From: a bacterium
GTDB lineage: Bacteria > Zhuqueibacterota > Zhuqueibacteria > Oceanimicrobiales > Oceanimicrobiaceae
Direction: 5' to 3'
Length of the DNA stretch: 40,634 nucleotides
Assembly: GCA_037446635.1 (NCBI GenBank)
Contig: JBBIIG010000037.1
Location: 1 to 40,634, forward strand
Part shown: one piece after another, positions 36,444 through 40,634 of the stretch
Position numbering within the stretch: position 1 is the stretch's first letter
Layout: every line of letters begins with the position of its first letter
Position numbers and translations under genes: made by a program
Notes under the pieces: generated by a model
What the model was told of the DNA's origin: nothing
Seen by the model: the letters and a program-made list of their open reading frames with translations, nothing else
The model's database searches: none

Positions 36444-39400
36444 TCAGAACGCCTGCTCAAACCCAAACACCCAGCGAAACCGCACGGCATTTTCATCCGG
36501 CAGCGGGCGATTCACCCAGATGGGAAAATCGAGGCGCAGGGTGGTGTTGCGGCCGCCGGTAAAAATGGTGTACCAATCATCGGGCAGAACGTTCTCGAAG
36601 CGCAGCCCGAAGCCGGCGTCCGCAAAAAGCTTGTGGCTGAAATCGAGAAATTCCATCGTGGCCACGTCAGCAAAGATGGCCAGACTAGGTTTGCCTAAAA
36701 TGATGCGCATCGTTTTACCCAATAAATCTGACGCGAGGTTTTTCCGCAGCTCGCCATTGACCGCAAGCATCTGATCGCCAAAAATCGGCTGGTTGTAATA
36801 CCCGCGCAGGGTGCCGCCACCGGGCAAATGATAGTGCAGTTCCTCCGGCAGCGCGCCGTCGCTGCGCAGATAAAATTTTTGAAACCGCTCGCGAGGATTG
36901 GCGCCATCCAAAAACAGCAGGTCTTGAATGAAAGCGTCATCGGAGCTGAAAATTTTGCCGGCAAAAAATCGCAGAAAAACTCCTTCGTCATTTTTAGGAA
37001 ACCACACTTTCAACTCCGCAAACCCGGAATGGTAGCTGACGTCGCTGCCCCAGTCTTCATCAACCAAATCCAAACCCAGTGTAATATTGGTAAACCACGC
37101 CAGTCCTCTTGGATTCACGCCGTAACGAAAATAGAGATTGTTCACGTCGCCGCGTTCCCAGGTGGCCAAAGCAATGTCATTTTTTTGATCGAACTCGCGC
37201 CGTACGTAGCGCTCGCCATCTTTTATGAGTTTGGAATGATTGAAGCCAACGATGATCTGATGCAGCGGCGGATGTGCCAAATACTTTCTTTTCAGCAGCG
37301 TGAGATGGGCATCGATCTCAAATCGCCCCTCCATTTTCTGGGCGCTGAAGGCGCCGCGCACGCCCGGCCCCAGCGGTGCAATGGGATTAGAATAGCTGAA
37401 GCGCGCGTCCAACTCCCGCGACTCGGTTCCGAACCATACGCCGAAATAAGCGTTGCGCGTCGTGCCGTAATAACTTTTGAGTCGTCCGCCGATCCGCAGC
37501 TTGTCAACTTCATTAAACCAAAAACTCGGGCGATAGGTGATGACGTAGGCATCGCGGGGATAGTAACTCATGTTGGGGTATTCAAACAAAAAACGAAATC
37601 TTAGGGGATCTTGATTCCAGCGCGACTTGTCGAGAATCGCGTCGCGCGGATCGAGAATCACCTTTGCCGGCTTGCCGGTGGTTTGAAACGCCACCGTCCC
37701 GATCTCGCCCTTGCCATCCCAGCGCTGAACCAGGCTGTCGCCGGTTTGGGTGATTAACAAAACTTCCACCGGGATGATGCCGCGGTCGCGGCGCTGAACT
37801 TCCACTTTGGTTTCCCAACCCTCCGCGGTTTGCCGTTTGCTGACGCGGTCCAAAGAATAATCAACGTTGACCGAATCGTGCAGCCACTGCTTGAAGAACC
37901 AATCCAATTTCTGGCCGCTAACGTCTTCGCACACCTGTCGGAAGCGCGCCTCGTTGACGTGCTTGAACGCCCAGCGCTTGAAATACTCCCGGCAAATTTT
38001 TTCAAACGTGGAGTCGCCGACCACGTATTTGAGCATATCGTAAAAGAACGAGCCTTTGTCATACGCATTTCGGCGATACGAAATGCTTTCGTTGAAACGA
38101 TACGCGGGCCGCGACATCGGTTCATTGTTCCCGGAAGTGAGATACGCCAGCAGCTGGTTTTGATTCTCTTCGCGGCGGGTGAGCCGCGGACGCCGGCGCT
38201 GCAGCCAGTTGGCGTGCTGCAGCTCAGCCTCACTATCCCACCCCTGCTGGCCGTAGCGCGTCTCCATGTACCAGCGGGTTTGAAAGGTGGTGAAGCCTTC
38301 GTCCAGCCACGCTTCCTTCCATTCGTTGTTGGCGAGAATGCCATAAAAATAGATGTGACCGACTTCGTGCAAAACCAGACCTTCGCTTTCACGGGCGTTC
38401 ATCACCAACATCGGATATTCCATTCCACCACTTAGCAAACCGTGTGCGATGGTGAGCTGCGGATACGGGTAGCGCCCAAATTTTTCCGAGAGCCAGGCCA
38501 GCGCCCGGGCGCCGTGCCTGGCCGCGGTTTTGCTCCAGCGGTTTTTGGCGTACGAGCGATACAGCACGTGAATTGGGATGCCGTCCCATTCTCCGCGCTC
38601 GTATAAAAAGTCTGGACTGGTCACCCAGGCGAAATCGTGCACGTTTTCTGCGTGAAAAGTCACCGTGCGAATCTTGCCATCCTTCGCATCTTCGGCGACG
38701 GTTTTCTGAATTTTCTTGAAGGTTTCCTGCCACTGCGCATCCGAAAGCGAAGTGTCAACGTTCACGCGCTCCCAGCCGGGGTCGCCGGCGGACACCACAC
38801 CGGTTGCACCCACCACGTACTCGTGCGGCACGTTGATGGTGACGTCGAACGTGCCAAACTCGCCGTAAAATTCGCCGGTCAAATGGAAGGGCTCGGCGTT
38901 CCAGCCGGTGTCATCATAAACGCAAACTTTGGGATACCACTGGGCGAAGTCGTACTGAAAGCCGCGGTAGCCGGCGCGCTCCTGAAATTTGCGGACTTTT
39001 AAATAGAACGAAAGCTCGACCGTCAGCTCGCCGCCCGGCGGCAGCGGCTCCGGGAGGCTGGCTTCGAGAATGGTGTCGTTGATTTGAAATGCCGTCACCG
39101 ATTTTTCGGTGGAATCGTGGCTCAAAATGCGGAAGGACTCAATGTTGAGATAGCCGGCGTCATCGGGATTCGCCAGCAATTTGCGATACTCGCGCCGCGC
39201 CTCTCGCGCTTTGATGGTTTCGTTGCTGCGAAAGGCGTTGGGATAGAGATGGAGATAAAATTTGTGCAGGGTGTCCGGCGAGTTGTTTTTGTAAACGATT
39301 TTTTCTTCGCCACTCAGGGCGTGCTCAATGGGGATGAGGGTGATGTCCATCGTGTAATGAACGAACTGCTGCCAGTAGGGCGGTTCGGAGGCGTGTGATT

Positions 39401-39467
39401 GTGAGATAAAAAGAAAAATGAACAGCAGCGATCTGCGCAAGCGGGTTCCCTCCGGATTGCAACTCAA
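36444..39467 (-). CDS. M1-family zinc aminopeptidase with a C-terminal Omp85-like beta-barrel
   Basis: Signal-like N-terminus, YWQQ, GGMEY, HEVGH-x18-E (WLDEG); C-terminal GGGTLRGY, NGELR, FAD, GFGLRF, RLDFP and terminal Phe. Confidence 0.88.
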   Translation of the reverse strand: MSCNPEGTRLRRSLLFIFLFISQSHASEPPYWQQFVHYTMDITLIPIEHALSGEEKIVYKNNSPDTLHKFYLHLYPNAFRSNETIKAREARREYRKLLANPDDAGYLNIESFRILSHDSTEKSVTAFQINDTILEASLPEPLPPGGELTVELSFYLKVRKFQERAGYRGFQYDFAQWYPKVCVYDDTGWNAEPFHLTGEFYGEFGTFDVTINVPHEYVVGATGVVSAGDPGWERVNVDTSLSDAQWQETFKKIQKTVAEDAKDGKIRTVTFHAENVHDFAWVTSPDFLYERGEWDGIPIHVLYRSYAKNRWSKTAARHGARALAWLSEKFGRYPYPQLTIAHGLLSGGMEYPMLVMNARESEGLVLHEVGHIYFYGILANNEWKEAWLDEGFTTFQTRWYMETRYGQQGWDSEAELQHANWLQRRRPRLTRREENQNQLLAYLTSGNNEPMSRPAYRFNESISYRRNAYDKGSFFYDMLKYVVGDSTFEKICREYFKRWAFKHVNEARFRQVCEDVSGQKLDWFFKQWLHDSVNVDYSLDRVSKRQTAEGWETKVEVQRRDRGIIPVEVLLITQTGDSLVQRWDGKGEIGTVAFQTTGKPAKVILDPRDAILDKSRWNQDPLRFRFLFEYPNMSYYPRDAYVITYRPSFWFNEVDKLRIGGRLKSYYGTTRNAYFGVWFGTESRELDARFSYSNPIAPLGPGVRGAFSAQKMEGRFEIDAHLTLLKRKYLAHPPLHQIIVGFNHSKLIKDGERYVRREFDQKNDIALATWERGDVNNLYFRYGVNPRGLAWFTNITLGLDLVDEDWGSDVSYHSGFAELKVWFPKNDEGVFLRFFAGKIFSSDDAFIQDLLFLDGANPRERFQKFYLRSDGALPEELHYHLPGGGTLRGYYNQPIFGDQMLAVNGELRKNLASDLLGKTMRIILGKPSLAIFADVATMEFLDFSHKLFADAGFGLRFENVLPDDWYTIFTGGRNTTLRLDFPIWVNRPLPDENAVRFRWVFGFEQAF

Positions 39468-39515
39468 AGAGTTATTTTCAGGCGAACTTAAAAAATTATG
39501 GGAAGAGATGCAACA

Positions 39516-39543
39516 CCCTGCGAAGACTCAAGCCTTCACAAGG
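39516..39543. repeat. REP-like imperfect palindrome after the DUF192 stop
   Basis: ccctgcgaag-N8-cttcacaagg. Confidence 0.5.
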
Positions 39544-39549
39544 TTTTTT

Positions 39550-40014
39550 TCAAAACTTCACTTGCGCGCCCACTTTTATTCCCTGTTTCTCGAACCAACC
39601 GGCGTTCACTTCCAATGCGTAAAGCGCGGGAGCTGCCGATATATAATTAATGGTTTCATCCAGCGGCGCCATGCGCTGGATGTCCACGATGACGCCGGCC
39701 TCGTCAATGAACGCGATGTCCAGCGGGATGAAGGTATTACGCATCCAAAACGAGAGAATGTGTTTCTGGGGAAAAACGAACAGCATGCCCTGGTCTTCCG
39801 GCAAACTTTCGCGGAACATTAATCCCAGACGGGAGGCTTCCAGCGTCTGAGCAATCTCCACTTTTAGCGGCGCCCCGTTGATGTGGATAGTGTGAAGCCC
39901 GGGCGGCTGACGCTCGCTTTCGGCGTGATTGGCGGGCTCGGATTTTGGGCCGCATGCCCCAAGCGCCAGCCATCCACCGATAAAAATGAGGTTGATAAAT
40001 TTGTTGGAATTCAT
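39550..40014 (-). CDS. DUF192-family lipoprotein
   Basis: Lipobox-like LGAC, GLMFRE, GMLFVF, FWMRNTFIPLDIAFI, ALEVNAG. Start set at ATG 40014. Confidence 0.9.
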   Translation of the reverse strand: MNSNKFINLIFIGGWLALGACGPKSEPANHAESERQPPGLHTIHINGAPLKVEIAQTLEASRLGLMFRESLPEDQGMLFVFPQKHILSFWMRNTFIPLDIAFIDEAGVIVDIQRMAPLDETINYISAAPALYALEVNAGWFEKQGIKVGAQVKF

Positions 40015-40078
40015 CGAAAAAATATTTAAAATCCAACCCAATATAAGCTTTAAAATTAGAATTTCAACCCAGGCATTC

Positions 40079-40634
40079 ATGATTTTGCAGACGTACCTCT
40101 CGCCGCGATTTTTTCTGCCGCTCATTCTCTTGCTACTTGCTGGTGCGGTCCGAGGCGAGCAACCTTCCGCAGACAATTTCACGATCCACGAAGTAACACC
40201 GCGCACAATTATATTTTCCCTTAACCCGTTTGATCTAAATTTATCCTCCCTACAAATCGAAGATCAAACTTTCATGCGCGTGTCGGTCCGCAATTTTGGC
40301 GAGACCAGCGAACCCGGTTTGCCGGCGCTGCCCACCGCCGCGGCCATCATCAAACTGCCGGCCAGCGCCGCGGTTTCGGTACGAATTCTCGAAAGCTCGT
40401 TTGAAGACATTCCGCAAATTGAACCGCTGCCGGCGCCGGCCATTTCTGAAGATTTACAAAAAAATGTGGTGCTGTATTCGTTTAAAAAAGATGGCGCCTT
40501 TTACACCAGCGACGCCTTCTGGCCCGGCGAGCTCGCCCTCTTCGCCGGCGAAGGCAAACTCCGCGGCCAGCGAGTGGGACGCATTCAGGTGCAGCCGGTG
40601 CAGTACAATCCGGCACGGATAACCTTGCGGGTGT
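40079..40634 (+). CDS. Secreted protein with a C25 (gingipain) propeptide-like domain, 3'-partial (not in the ORF track)
   Basis: Open frame from ATG 40079 to the window end: signal peptide, EPGLPALP, KLRGQRVGRIQVQPVQYNP. Confidence 0.75.
   Translation, partial: MILQTYLSPRFFLPLILLLLAGAVRGEQPSADNFTIHEVTPRTIIFSLNPFDLNLSSLQIEDQTFMRVSVRNFGETSEPGLPALPTAAAIIKLPASAAVSVRILESSFEDIPQIEPLPAPAISEDLQKNVVLYSFKKDGAFYTSDAFWPGELALFAGEGKLRGQRVGRIQVQPVQYNPARITLRV

Overview
Bacterial chromosomal window, almost entirely minus-strand. An uncultivated FCB-related lineage such as KSB1/Calditrichota is an inference from gene content (long SecA, C25 propeptide, YWQQ-type M1 peptidase). Housekeeping blocks: S41 protease; smg-topA-xerC-hpf-hprK-PTS IIA-IIB; ilvE-nusB-secA; recJ. 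Between them runs a long branched-chain acyl-CoA operon: carboxyltransferase, split AtuA, GlmU-like protein, enoyl-CoA hydratase, two acyl-CoA dehydrogenases, MBL hydrolase, HAD, thiolase and a frameshifted Hbd. This operon is interrupted four times by co-oriented, visibly AT-richer cassettes: toxin-antitoxin genes (mostly with dead or missing toxins) and an orphan MAD3/MAD4-like ATPase pair. A second ATPase cassette lies upstream of recJ. Many junctions carry REP-like palindromes or 7-8-mer inverted tandem repeats. Most notable: (i) an isolated 3' fragment of RNase P RNA abutting a truncated TOPRIM-like gene; (ii) an M1 aminopeptidase fused to an Omp85-like barrel; (iii) a stand-alone MAD3-MAD4-like pair; (iv) the palindrome-marked cassette architecture, including a run of orphan antitoxins. 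Family assignments come from motif recognition by eye; no searches were run.
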